Source: Vicugna vicugna (lineage: Eukaryota). Taken from it: a stretch of 64,000 nt of DNA. The notes beneath the pieces were generated by a model that saw only the letters and a program-made list of their open reading frames with translations, did no database searches and had not been told where the DNA came from. A program made the position numbers and the translations under genes. The first letter of the stretch is position 1. Every line of letters begins with the position of its first letter. The stretch is taken from positions 496,001 through 560,000 of the forward strand of contig MU058289.1 in assembly GCA_013265495.1 (NCBI GenBank). Direction: 5' to 3'. This document shows positions 1 to 12,900 of this stretch, in pieces.

Positions 1-340
1 ATTCTCACTAGGTGGCAGGCCCCAAGACTTTAGCCTCTCACAGAGCTTGTATTTTAGAGAAAGCAAAAGATGATACCCATAATAAAGAAGCAAATTGTAA
101 AGCTTGTTATAAAGTATTAAGTGCTGTGAAGAAACATAGCAAAGGTGGGGATTAGGAGTGACAGTAAGGGGGCTGGTTTGCAATGATCAAGTGCAGCCTT
201 ATTAAGGCCAAACTGACTAAGTACACAATCAAGTTGGTGCTTTAGAAAGACGATACCAAGGTGGGGATGAAATGGAGAGGGTGAAGTAGTCGAAACAAGA
301 GTGCTTAGTTAAACGTGGGATTCCTTGGCCCCAGACCTAC

Positions 341-3136
341 CTGCTCGCCGCAGGAACATGGCTTCTCGAGCTTCTGGACTGTCCAGGTGACTCCGATCAC
401 CAGGGCCAAAGCCAACTGTTGGGAGGGGGAGATGAGAATGGTGGGAGAAGAGTCCCAGACATCCCTTTTCACCACCCTGCCTGATCCCCTGATTCCGACC
501 CCACTGCTCCTTACCTGGGCCTACAAAAGGTGGGCCACCCACCATGGGAGGAACCACTGTGGCTGCAGCGGCTGCCCGGGCCTCCAGAGTCTGTTGGACC
601 TGTTGGGGAGGAGGTTGAGGTGAGGGGCCTGACTCAGTGCCCACAAGCTGCCCTGGCTGGCTCACCCTGGGAGGCCAAAGGTTTCATTCTTTGCACTGTG
701 TGGGGCTATCTGTCAACTTTAGGTCTAGGTCTTAGCTAAATGTCACTTTTCAGGGAGGCTTTTGGGATCACACTAGGTAAAGCTGTCCTCAGCCCCTCTC
801 AGCTACAACTTCTCTCATCACCCTATTGTGTCTCCCCCAAAGCATTCAGCACTATCTGAAATTATGTCCAGCTTGCCCTCCATATCTCCCGTGTGACCAT
901 CCTGGTCCAAGCCACTGTCTCTTGCTGAGAGTGTTATGGTAGCCTCTTCTTCAGTCTCCTTGATTCTTCCCTTGCACCCTATAGTTTGTTTTCCAAACAG
1001 AGAGCGACCCTGTTTATATCTAAGTTGGATCATATCACCCCTCTGCTCAAAATCCTTAAAAAAAAAAAATCAGAGTAAAAACCAAGGTCCTTATGGTGGC
1101 CCACAAGGCTCTACTAGACGCATCTCTATCACCTCTCTGTCTTCATCCACCCACCCTTTCCCTTGCTCACTCTGCTCCAGCCACACTATTCCCCCTGCTG
1201 TTCCTTGAACATGTCAAATACGCATCTACCTTGTAGCCTTTGCACTGGCAGTTCTCTCTGCTGGGAATGCCTTCCCCCAGATACCTGCATGGTTCCCTCC
1301 CTCATGCCTTTGATTGATTGATCTTTTGACGTATACTTGGTTTACAATACTGTGTTAGTTTCAGGTGTACAGCAAAGTGACTCAGTTATACACATATATA
1401 TATTTCAAATTCTTTTTCATTATAGCTTATTACAAGATATTAATATAGTTCTATTACCTATACAGTAGGTACTTGTCGTTTATCTATTTTCTTTATAGTG
1501 GTGTGTTATCTGTTAATCTCATACTCCTAATTTGTCCCTCCCCCTCCTTCCCCTATGGTAACCATAAGTTTGTCTTCTATGTCTGTGAGTCTGTTTCTGT
1601 TTTGTAAATAAATTCATTTGCATTATTTTTTAGATTCCACATATAAGTGATATCATATAATATTGTTCTTTCTCCGTCTGACTTACTTCTTTCAGTATAA
1701 TCTCTGGGCCCATCCATGTTGCTGCAAATGGTTAAGATTTCATTCTTTTTATGGCCAAGTAATATTCCATTATACATATACATAATAGAATTTTATACAC
1801 ACACACACACAGCACATCTTCTTTCTTCAGTCATCTGCTGATGGACACTTAAGTTGCTTCAATGCTTGGCCATTGTAAACAGTGCTGCTACGAACACTGG
1901 GGTGCATGCATCTTTTCAAATTAGAGTTTTTGTCTTTTCTGGATATATGCCCAGGAGTGGGACTGCTGGATCATATGGTAACTCTATTTTTACTTATTTA
2001 AGGAGCCGCCATACTGTTTTCCATAGTGTATCATGCCCTTTATATCTTTGCTTAGATAGGCCTCCCTGAAAGGCCTTACCTGATAGGGCTGAAAAACCTG
2101 TCCTTCTTTCTCTACTTTGATTCTGTCTCTCTGTAGTAAAATGTAAATTCTAAAAACATAGTGATTGTTTTTCTCTATTTCATTCTCTGCTATATGCCTA
2201 GTGCCTAGAATACTGCCTAATGCAAAGATGGCGCCCAATAATTATGTGTTGAGAGAGTGAGCAAGTTTCATTTACTTGCTTTCTTTTTAGTAGTGTCTCT
2301 CTCCACTAGTCATATATATTTAGGTATGGAGTACTTGAATGTGACTAATGAAGCTGAGTAACTATTTAACTTTAATATAAATTTTAAATAGATACAGGAC
2401 AATTCCATCATTGCAGAAGGTTCTACTAGACAAGATGATCTAAAATATAAACTCCCAAAGGGCAGAAATATTGTTCTTCTTAGTCATTACTGTGTCCTCA
2501 ATGCCTGGCACATAAAATATTTGTCATGCTAATTAATCAACAAGCCAACATGTCAATAGCTCTCTGTATAGAAACACTGTGTTGGAAACATCGTGCTCTT
2601 ATATGCCTTAGTTCAGCCGTACCTGTTGGTATGTGTTGGTCGCGATAATTGGGCGGATCACTGGTGCTGCTGGGACTTGCATCGCTTCTACCGTGGGGAC
2701 TGTGGGCACCGCAGGCACAGCAGCTGGGATTCCGGTTACCGGAGCCCCCAGAACTTCTTGCTCAAACCTGGGGGAGCAGGACAGACACCACAGCTCAGGA
2801 ACCTGCTCCAATTCTTGAACGCTGGGTATATCGCGACAGCGCCGTCACCCCTGCCAACCTCTCCTTCTTACTCCCGCCCTCACAATCCCGAAAGTCCCAT
2901 TTCCCCAAAATAGAGACATATGTAGGGGCCTATAGTGGCCTGAACGCTCCAGGGCTCGATGGCTCTAGCTCGGGGACGGCTTTTATCGAGCCCTGTCGCG
3001 GGCCTTACAGGGCCATCTCCGCCTCCATCTCCTTCAAGCGTTCCTCGCCGCTCTTGCCCGGGATGCCGGCGCCAGGGCCCGGGACCACAGGTCCTCCTGC
3101 CCCCGGGAGTCCCGGGGCTGGCCCTGCCCCGGCCAT
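341..3136 (-). CDS. RBM42: RNA-binding motif protein 42, coding exons 1-4 (gene continues off the left edge)
   Basis: Exons 3009-3136, 2623-2767, 515-599 and 341-415 have GT-AG introns and stay in frame. They give MAGAGPAPGLPGAGGPVVPGPGAGIPGKSGEERLKEMEAEMALFEQEVLGAPVTGIP...YQQVQQTLEARAAAAATVVPPMVGGPPFVGPVGFGPGDRSHLDSPEAREAMFLRRA, which I recognise as the RBM42 N-terminus. Adjacent to HAUS5, as in human. Confidence 0.96.
1320..2027 (-). mobile_element. L1 3' fragment in RBM42 intron 2
   Basis: Antisense L1 3' UTR/ORF2-end sequence (ttagattccacatataagtga, ccatccatgttgctgcaaatgg, gtatatgcccaggagtggg-like). Confidence 0.85.
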
Positions 3137-3600
3137 CGCTGCTGCCGTCGCTGTCGCTGCTACTACCGCCTCAGGTCAGTGGCCTCCGCCGGTTCCGCTG
3201 TGTACTCTGTGGCTTCGTCAGGGTGGGCGCCCGCGGATGACGTATCAGCGAAAGCGACGGGCGCCGGTACTTCATACGCCAATGAAGCTCGCCTTTGGAG
3301 CGAGGGCCAATGAGAACCTGGCCACACCCAGAGGGCCCGCCCCAAGGAGGTATATAGGCCAATCAGAGTTCCGGAAAAACGAGTCAACGGAAGAACCCGG
3401 TCTCTGAGAGTGCAGCCAAGAGAGATGGCCAGGCCTTCATGGAGGAGGACAAGCTGAGGGGAGGGCTATGTAGTCAGTTGGCCCTGTCCGTAAGTGGTAA
3501 CTGGGCCGTTGAGAACTCACGAAAGTTCAAACTTCCGTCCCACCGCTAGACCCGTTCCGGAAGTTTTAAAACATACGGAAATCCGCATCATCCCAGGACA
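3137..3600 (-). promoter_or_regulatory. RBM42 CpG-island promoter and 5' UTR
   Basis: CpG-rich region. CCAAT boxes at 3279-3283, 3307-3311 and 3359-3363, GC box near 3335-3343, TGACGT near 3238-3243, ETS-type TTCCGGAA near 3369 and 3555. Confidence 0.75.
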
Positions 3601-4415
3601 GGGCGAGGCTGGAGACAGCTGGGGGCAGTGGGTTTATACTCTGGGGTAGACAGACATGCTACAGTGAGTCCCAGAAAAACCAGGGACATGATGTGGAAAG
3701 TTCAGAGGAGGCGCCTGATTCAAGCTTCCTGGAGGAGGTGACATCTGAAGAGTTTGCTAGATGAAAATGAGAGATGTTCTGGGTAGGAGGATTAGTTCAT
3801 GCAAAGGCTGAGAGAATAGTCAAATGTGTCAACCCTGAAGCTAACGTGTGTAGGTTTTGTCTCTGCGTGCTTTCTTGGGACACAGCTGGCCTCTTTTTTT
3901 TTTTTCGGTCCTCAAAATGTTTTATTGTGAGTATTTTAAAAAACACAACAGTAGAGCGAATAATATAAGAAACATCCATATGTCTCTCAGCAGTTACTAA
4001 TATTTTACCCTTCTTGATTCGTCTGTACTTCTCTTTTTATTTTTTTGCTGGAGTATGTGAAAACAAATTCCAGATAGCAGTCAATTCACCCATAATTGCT
4101 TCATGTCTAACAGATAAGGAGTATTTTAAAAAAATTTCCAAAAACAAAAACCAAAAACGCTACACCCCTAGCATTTTCACACCCAAGAAAATTTCTTAGT
4201 AACATTCAACACTCAGATTATGTTCAATTTTCCCTGCTTCAAAATGTCTTTATACAATAGTTTTGTAAAATCAGGATCCTAATAAGGTCTACACGTTGCA
4301 TTTGGTTGGTTGGTCTTTTTTTTTTTCTCTCTCTTTCTTATTTTTATTGTTTTCCTTGGATTCTTGAAGTCTGTTTGAATCAGCATAAATGAATGCTCTG
4401 TTAAAGCATTGTTGG

Positions 4416-4899
4416 TGTTGACTGAAATAAAATGCACAACCTTCGCTGGACATTTCTGAGGACTTGAACTCCTTCAGGCCCGGGATGACAGCCTTTCAGA
4501 TCGGTCTGAGGGACGGCTCCAAAGAGGTAGGGGAGGAGCCAGGATATATAAGAGTTTTACAACAAAAATCAGTCAATCAGAACATTAAAGATTACTGTAA
4601 AAGAAAACCAGACATCTCAAGTTAGAGGATGTAGCGTTTTCTATGTATGGGAAGGAGCAAACGTCTGGGCTCATTGAAATCATTCCTTTGACAAGCACCT
4701 AGCTATCTAGGGCCAGTATCCTGTCTTTTCACATCCTGAGTCCCCTCAGAGTGCACCATTGTGGGTGGCTGTAGACTGGGCTGTCTAAGCGCTTGTTTGT
4801 ACCCTGAGCTTAATGTGGGAGGTGGTAGCTGCGGCTGGTGACTTGATGGCTTCAGCATTCTTTGTTTGCTGATATGGCTTACAGTATTTTTTGTTCACA
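4416..4899. mobile_element. Solo ERV1-type LTR (MER41-like, cetartiodactyl type)
   Basis: Starts TG (tgttgactgaaataaaatgcacaacc), ends CA (ttgttcaca) and is flanked by a 4-bp TTGG duplication at 4412-4415 and 4900-4903. The family assignment is from recalled sequence similarity. Confidence 0.7.
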
Positions 4900-5254
4900 T
4901 TGGGTTTTTTTTTAAATTTCTTTAATGTTTTTCTTTTTTTTGTTTTGGGTTTTTAGAAATTTTTTTTTAATTTGTTCACATTGGTTTTGAGTACTAGTCA
5001 TGTATTTTGTAGAATGTTCCTCATTTGGGATCTGTCAGATATTTTTCTAGTCATTAGGCTGGGGTTTATGTTTTTTGGCGGGGGAAAGACCATACAGGTA
5101 AAGTGCAGTCCTCATCATGAGTACATACTATCAACAGAATTATTATTAATGTTAACTTTGATCTCCTATGGTAGCACTTGTCAGGTTTCTCTACTATAAA
5201 GTTACTTTTTAAAAAATTATTTTTGCTATTTACTTTTTAAAAAATTCTTATTTT

Positions 5255-5965
5255 TTATTGAAGTGTAGTCAATTTACAACGTTAGTTTTAGGAGTACAGC
5301 AAAGTGATTTAGTTATATTTATATACACACACACATATATATTCTTTTTTCAGATTCTTTTCCATTATAGGTTATTACAAGATACTGAATATATTTCCCT
5401 GTGCTATACAGTAGATCCTTGTTTATCTATTTATATATAGTAGTGTGCATATGTTAATCCCAGGCTAATTTGTCTCCCCCACTTTCCCCTTTGGTAACCA
5501 TAAGTTTGTTTTCTATGTCTGTGAGTCTGTTTTGTAAATAAGTTCATTTGTATAATTTTTAAAGTCTCCACATATAAGTGAAATCATATGTTGTTTCTCT
5601 TTCTCTCTCTGACTTAACTTCCCTTAGTATGATCATCTCTAGGTCCATCCATGTTGCTGCAAAAGGCATTATTTTATTCTTTTTTATGGCCGAGTAATAT
5701 TCCATTGTATACATCTTCATCCATTCACCTGTGAATGGACATTTAGGTTGCTCCATGTCTTGGCTATTGCAAATGTGCTGCTATGAACATTGGGGTGCAT
5801 GTATCTTTTTGAGTTAGTTTTCTCCAGATATATGCCGAGGACTGGGATTGCTGGATCATATGATAACTCATTTTTAGTTTTTTAAGGAACCTCCATACTG
5901 TCCTCCATAGTGGCTGCACCAATTTACATTTCCACCAACAGTGTAGGAGGGTTCCTTTTTCTCCA
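5255..5965 (-). mobile_element. L1 3' fragment
   Basis: Antisense L1 3' end. ORFs 5559-5756 and 5764-5997 translate to L1 ORF2 C-terminal motifs ([39 protein letters not shown]). The sequence tataaagttacttttt/tataaagttactttta recurs on both flanks. Confidence 0.88.
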
Positions 5966-7101
5966 TATAAAGTTACTTTTAAAAACTCCCTTTTCACTTT
6001 GGAAGTTACTATGCACAGCCCAAAATTAAGGGGTGGAGTTAAGCTCCACCTCCTTGAGAGTGAAATATCTACATAAATTATAATTTGGAATACATCTGCA
6101 CAGGGGTTTAATTATTAAATCATTTATATCGGTATGGACTCATGGATACTTTATACTTTGGGTTCTTATTCAGTACTACTTTAGTTGCTTTTTGCTCAAA
6201 TTGTTCCAGATTTTAAAATCTTAAGTCTTTTTTAACCTGAAAATTTCCCTCCTCCTGCCTTTTTCTTCCTCCTTCCCTTTTTCTTTTCCTTTCTTTCTAT
6301 TTGTTAGATTGATCAATTGTCCTATATAGGATATCTCACATTTTGGATTTAACTAACTACATTGTTTCACTTGGTCCTTCCTGCCCCTTTCCCCTTTCTT
6401 ATATGTTGAAGTGACAGAAGCTTGATTAGATTTAGATTTAATTTGGTGAAAGAGTACTTAAGAGATAGTCAGTTGTAATATATCCCATTGAATCCTACTG
6501 TATCCAGTCAGGAGCACATGCCTGACTGTCCTCCTTTGGTGATGCCAAGACTGAGCAGCAGTGTTACCCTGTTTCATCCATTTAAAAAAACTCAATCAAC
6601 CTTTCTGCTAATAGTTTAGCAGCCCTTGATCTATTACTTCATTAATGTATGGAAAATAGTGATTTCCAAATTTTATCATTCTCTCTGAAAATTATTAGTG
6701 ATTTTTATAAACAAATTCTCCCTTTTCAGGAATTAGGTTACTTGTTCACATACAGGGAAAAAGACAAAATAATGCTTGATTCTTTCCCTATTTTATGGGG
6801 GAAAAATAAGAAATGAGTTGGTTCCTAGCACCCTTCAAAGGTGACCAATGAGGTTTGTGTGTATAAATATCAATATGAACTTATTTATGCGCTTCAAATC
6901 ATTGCACTCATTCTAATTGCTGCTCAAAATGTCCCCAGTGGCAACCCCTTCATATTGTCTCTTGAGTCCTTTTGACTCTCTGTATATTTTTGACCCAATA
7001 TGTGTGAATACATATGTATATATATATTTTATATAAAGAGAAAAACCCATGAGTTCATTCTTATATTTCCAATTCAAATGAAGATTACAAGGTGTTTACT
7101 T

Positions 7102-7228
7102 TTTTTTCTTTTTTGGGGGGGAGGTAATTAGGCTTATTTATTTATTTATTTTAATGGAGGTACTGGGGAAGGAACCCAGGACCTTGTGCATGCTAAGCAG
7201 ACACTCTACCACTGAGCTATACCCTCCC
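7102..7228 (-). mobile_element. tRNA-derived SINE (camelid type)
   Basis: Antisense tRNA-like head (ccactgagctataccctccc) with an AT-rich tail. Near-perfect target-site duplication acaaggtgtttactt (7087-7101) and acagggtgtttactt (7231-7245). Confidence 0.8.
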
Positions 7229-9947
7229 GGACAGGGTGTTTACTTCTTTGATTATATATCTGTATCTCTTTTCACTTGCATTAAAAATCTTAGTCCCCAG
7301 TAACATTAGCATAGCTACTTATTTGCTTCAACCTATAATTTCAAAATATGTAATGTTGAGTCTGAAAATTTTATACTATATATTTTATCAAAATAAAAAT
7401 ACCAGTATTATTATGAACAATAAGACTATCTGAAAATTGCAGACATCATCCTTAATACTTCAATACACATCAACATTCTAAGAATATTCTCCCACCTAAC
7501 CACAATACCATTTCATTATCACACCAAAGAAATTTAACAAAAATACTAATATTTTCCAATATACAAACTCCCCATTCCTCATATTCAAATTTCCCCAGTT
7601 GTCTTGGGGAGGGGGAAATGTACTTTCACTTTTTAAAAACGCTATGATTCAATCAAGATTCTGCATTGTATTTAGTTGTCATCTCTTTTAATCTAAAATA
7701 GTTCCCACCCTACCCCCATTGACCTTCTGAAGAAAATGGTCTAGTTGTTTTGTACAAGGTGCCACAGTCTTTATTTCACCCAGTATGTCTTTGCAATACA
7801 TTTCTCTAAGTAGCATTTGGGCAAAGAACAAATGCATGTATAGTTTTGCTGGCGATTATCCCACTGGTGTTCCATATTACATGTACACTTACGTATTAAA
7901 CTGCTGTTTTCCCACAGTCTTGCCAACAGAGTGAGTTGCCAAAATTATGGGTTTCCTTTTTCCCAGTCTGATAGGTGGGAAATATATATCAAAGTGGGGT
8001 TTTAATTGCTTTTCTCTTACTGAGTTTGAGCATATTTTCTGAGAATTGTCCATATATATATTTTGCCCACTTTTCTATATTTAGAATTATTCTTTTCCAC
8101 CTTGACACTACACACACACATGTGCACACACATACCCTTTATAGTATAAATTGCAACCCCCACCCCCCTAGTTTGTCATTTCTTCTTACCTTGTTCTTTT
8201 TTTTTAAACCATGCAAAAATTTACTTTTATGTTTTTGTTAGTATTTCCCATTATTGCATCTGGATTTTGAATCACATTTAGGAAAATTTGTTTAATTTCT
8301 AATTTATAGAGGAATTCACCTTCATGGAGCTTACATTGTTTGAAGAGGACAATAAAAGATACAATAAAATATTGTATGTTAGAATATGTGCTATGGAGAA
8401 AAATTAAGCAAGGATAGGGGGTAAGGACCCTCATGTTCAACAGGGAGGTGGAGGCTGGGAGCTGAGATGAAGAGAGGGAGGAGGAGAGGGAACACTAAGG
8501 TGGTGCACAGTAAGGCAAATGTGAAGAGTAGCCAGGGACAGGAGGAGAATGGGAGAGTCAGGGTGCCCGGAGGCCAAGAGCGGAGTTACCAGAAGGGAGG
8601 TGGAAAACAAGGTATAAGATCACAAAGATGTCAAATATCCCTAATCTGGAAACTAACTGCAACCCCAGTAAAACTCCCATCCATGTTTGTATTCATTCTG
8701 GAACCAGGTAAGTTGGATGTAAAGTTCATTTCATTTGGGAGAAAAAAATAGCAGGAAGAGATAGGGAAACACTGAAAAATGAGAGCAAGATGGCAATCAG
8801 CCATTTCAGGTACGAAGACATATTACACAGCCTTTATAATTAAAACACCGTGGGGATGGCGCAGGAGAATCAGGCAGACAAAGGTTCGGAGAGAACCCAC
8901 ATACGCCCAAGTAACCATGGAAACTTAGTGTATGAAAAGGTGGTATCTCAAATTTTACTTTACAAAGTTTAGGTAGGCAAAGTTTTACTTAACAAATTGA
9001 AGAGAATTCACACTGAAATGCACAGATCTAATGAGTACAGCAGGATGTGTTCTGACAAGCCTGTACACCTGTGTAAACCCCACTATCTTCAGTGTACATT
9101 TTCGGCTCTAGAAAGTTTGTCTCTTCCTTGGTTGATCTCTGCCACCCACCTTTCTTTCAGAGGCATCACTGCTCTGAATGAGAATTTTCATAAGTGCTGT
9201 TGAGATATATTTAAAATGAGACAAAACTGAATTCATTTGGATAAGTTTCAAATGGCTCAGAGATTTAAATGTAAAAAAGAAACTATAAAAACCAGAAGAC
9301 GACCTCATCTCTTAAACCCTCCCCCTCTTCCACCAGCTACACTGCTTCCTCAGCCCTCACACCAGCACATTTGACCTCAGGGTCTTTGCATGTGCTGTAG
9401 CTCCCCAACTCTGCAAGCCCTCCTCAGATACCCACTGTTTCCTTCTCACTTCCTTTACAGAGTGTAACCTTTGCTGTGTAGCCCTTGATTTAAAATCACA
9501 CCTCTATAACTGCTTTTCCTCCATAGCAGTTATCTTCCACATACTAGATATTTTGCTTACTTATCTTGCCAGCAGTCTGTTTTCAAGTCCTAGAACAATT
9601 CCCCTGAAGGCTGGGACTTCTGTCCATTTTTTTTTTTCCAGTACTGGATCCTTAGTGTTTAGAGCAGGTGCTCGATTACTTTTTGCTGAGGGTAAAAGTG
9701 ATGCGGAGAGTTCCAGGTAGGGTGGGGCCCACAGTAGTCCATTGTCTTGGCTTTGGTGGGATGCCAGGACAGGGGCAAGGCAGTTGAGAGGAACAACAGA
9801 ACAGTCTGTGGAGGGGGACAGCAGGTGTGGGTAGAGACAATGGGCTGATGCATCCAGGAGATGCTTTCTTCCAAAGGTCTTGCTAGGGTAAGTGAAGTGT
9901 TGGCGTGAACAAATGTGAAGCTCTTGACTTCTTTTTGAGCCATCTCT

Positions 9948-12900
9948 TCACCTGCACAGCTGCTGCAGGGCGCCTTGGGCCTGGACCCAGCGCAGCCGCC
10001 ACTGGGGCAGGGACAGGCCTTGGCAGAGCTCCCCGGAGAGGGCTGCTTGTCCCGGCTGCTCCCACCTGGAGAAGGGGATGGTGTAAGAGACTGGCCTCCC
10101 GTCAACACCACGCCTGCTTGTCCTCAGCCTGCCCCCGCCACCACCGTGGTCTGAGTTCTGCTTGCTCTGCCCAGTTCCGCCCCCACCTCAGCATCTCCCC
10201 CTCACCAGTCCCCAACAACGCCCTGCAGCTCGGGGATTCGCTCCAGCGCTTGTTTCAGCAAGTTCTCCAGCCGCTTCAGAGTCTGCCCCAGGTTCTCCTT
10301 CTGCTCCTTCTCCTGGGATGCCCGGATCTGCAGGAGCTCTGCAGGTTAAAAACCCGAGAAACAGCACTGAGTCTCCTGGCTCCTTGGTGCTTCGCAGCCA
10401 ATGGGTCACCAAGTTCTAGTCATCTAGTCTCGATCTCAGCATCTCTCCCAAACCTCTTCCTCCTTCCCTGTCCTCTTATCAGGTGCAAGCTCACCATGCC
10501 CTAGGCCTCATTCTGTTTGGCTTTCTGCCTCCCCCTGATAGCCCATCAATCTCCATGGCCCATCCCTCAGCGTCCTCACTGCTTCCCTACTCTTCCCCCA
10601 GTCTCCTTCCTAGGCTCCAAACCTCGGCCTCCCACTGGTCCACCCTTCACATAGCAGGCAGAGCGATCTCAGCCTAAACCTAATCCTTTCCTTCTCCTGC
10701 TTGAACTCTCTAAGGCTCCCCAGTGCCCCAAGACAGAGCCCAAGCTCTCAGCATAGTACTTAAGGGGTGCATTATGTGGCCTCTGCTCACTACTCCTGAG
10801 CAAAACCTCACCTATTCCCCAGGGCTCACTTGAGACACCGTCTTTCCTCCTGGACGCCCTTCCCAGCACCCCTCACCCCCAGGCTTCCTCCTCAGACCAC
10901 TGCAGCCCTTCACTCCAGCGGTGTTTTCCCCTGGGCGCTGTGACTGGTTGGGTCCCTCTCCATGGACCCAGAATGTTCCCAGCTCAGAGTAAGTGCAGAT
11001 CAGCAGTGTGGTCAGACCCTTGGGCCTGGATGCCTTCCTGGCCTTGCAACCTCAGGCATGACACTTGCCCTTTTTTCAGGCACTCCTAGGGTTAGGTGGA
11101 ATTATCTGAACCATAGGCCAGTGGGGCAGGGGACAGACTGGGCACTTGGGAGATTGGATCCATAGGGCCTGCTGACAGGCTGTAGGTGGGGGACTGGGAA
11201 GAATTAAGGACGTCTCCTGGGTTTCTGGCTTCAGCATCTACATGAGGACAGTGGGGTCATTTATTGAGGAAAGGAAAACAGGAGTGAGAAAAAGAATTGC
11301 TTTTTGGATTAGAGGGAACTAAGTTCTGGGACAGATGTGTTAAAAGTCCAAGATGCCCTTGGGGTGGGACGACGCTATGCCATGTTGTCTTAGGCTGTTT
11401 TTGCTGTTCCTTCACACTGCTCCCTGCCCACTGGACAGGGGTGGCTGCAGGGAGCCCAAAACTCAAAGGCCCGAAAATGGTCTCTTCCTGCTTTGTTGAT
11501 GGTACCCTGATTGATTTCTCACTAAGGCACCTCTTCCATCTATTTCTCCTTTGGTTCTTTGCTCTTTACTTCTTTCACTGGGACACCCCTGGGGCTGGAC
11601 AGCTCTCACCTCTCCTCCCACTGAGCTCTCAGGGCCAGCACTTGGCACATGTCCACCGAGTGCTTGTTGCATGAATCCAGGAATAAATGCCCTTTCTGAG
11701 TTTCAGTTTCCTCTCTGTAAACTGGGGTCTCATATTCTCTTCCCTCAAGGTAAGGACTGGAAGAAGCTGCACATGTGCAGGTAACAGTGTTGTAATCACA
11801 CCAGAGACACGCAGCGTTGACTGCAGCCAGGCTCGATGCCCTGTTTGGGTTACCTGAGGCTTTGCAGCAACTCTGTAAGGTACTATGATTATGCTTACTC
11901 CACCAAGGAGGAAACTGAGGCACAGAGAGATCCTACAGCAAGGAAGAGGTGGGGCTGAGAAGAAAATCCCCATAGTTTAATTTCACAGCCCAGCTTTTAA
12001 CTACTCAACTATGCTATCTGATGATGGATGAGTGCTTGGCAATTTGATGGACAGTGCCGCCTAGTGGTTAGGAGCACAGACCCATGTTAGACAGCCTGGA
12101 TCCAAATCCTAGCTCTGCCTTCTGGGCAGTTACCAAGCCCTCTGCTTCCCAGCTCCCTCCTCTGTAAACGGGCTGCTGTGCGGATGAAACTTGTGAGCAT
12201 GCTCAAAGCACACAGTAGGCACTGTGGAAGCCATGGGTGTTTGTGATTTCTTCCAGAGGCTGATGGTCCTGGGAAGGGGCTGGGATGCTAGATGAGGAAG
12301 CAGGGCAGGCCTACCCTGGGTGGATGGTCCTGGTGGCAGGCTGGTCTTCATGTGGAGCAGATACCAGCACCGGAGACTCTGCTGATCCTGGAGAAACAGA
12401 AGGTCCTGGCGAAGAGAGGCAGCCTTTGGGAGGAGCAGTTCTGGAGCCTGGAGGAAGGTAGAAGGACAGTCACCTGAGGCGGGGTTGGGGTGGGAAGACA
12501 GGGCTGAGGGGACAGGCACTCACCTTCCCTGTAGGCAGCCCCAGCTTGTGGCTCAGCACTATGAGGCTGGAGCCCTTTGGGCAAGCAGGATGCAGCTGGT
12601 GGATGGATGGGAGGATGGTAGGCAGGGGCTGCAACCTGAGGGGGAAAGTCCAGGTTGGGTGGGGCGCTAAGGGGGAGGCTTGGGTTTCAGAAGGTCTGGG
12701 GGCTGAGAGGTGAGCTCAGGAGGCCCAGGGACTTCTGAGGACTAGGCTTCCAGAGGGTGAGGTCCTGAGGGGGAGGTCCGGCAGCCTGGGGGTGCTGGGA
12801 TTGTGTTTTTTGGCATAGGCCCAGGGAGTGAAGTCATCCATGGGAAGGGAGATGGTGGCTGCCCGGTCTCACCCTCCGGGGCTGTGCCGCAGCAGGGTCC

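Noticed and set aside
2649..3407. 252-aa plus-strand ORF over RBM42 exons 1-2
   Set aside because: Antisense shadow of GC-rich coding and CpG-island sequence; no recognisable protein and a non-ATG start.
7102..7228. tRNA genes
   Set aside because: The tRNA-like heads have AT-rich tails and flanking duplications, so they are SINEs.
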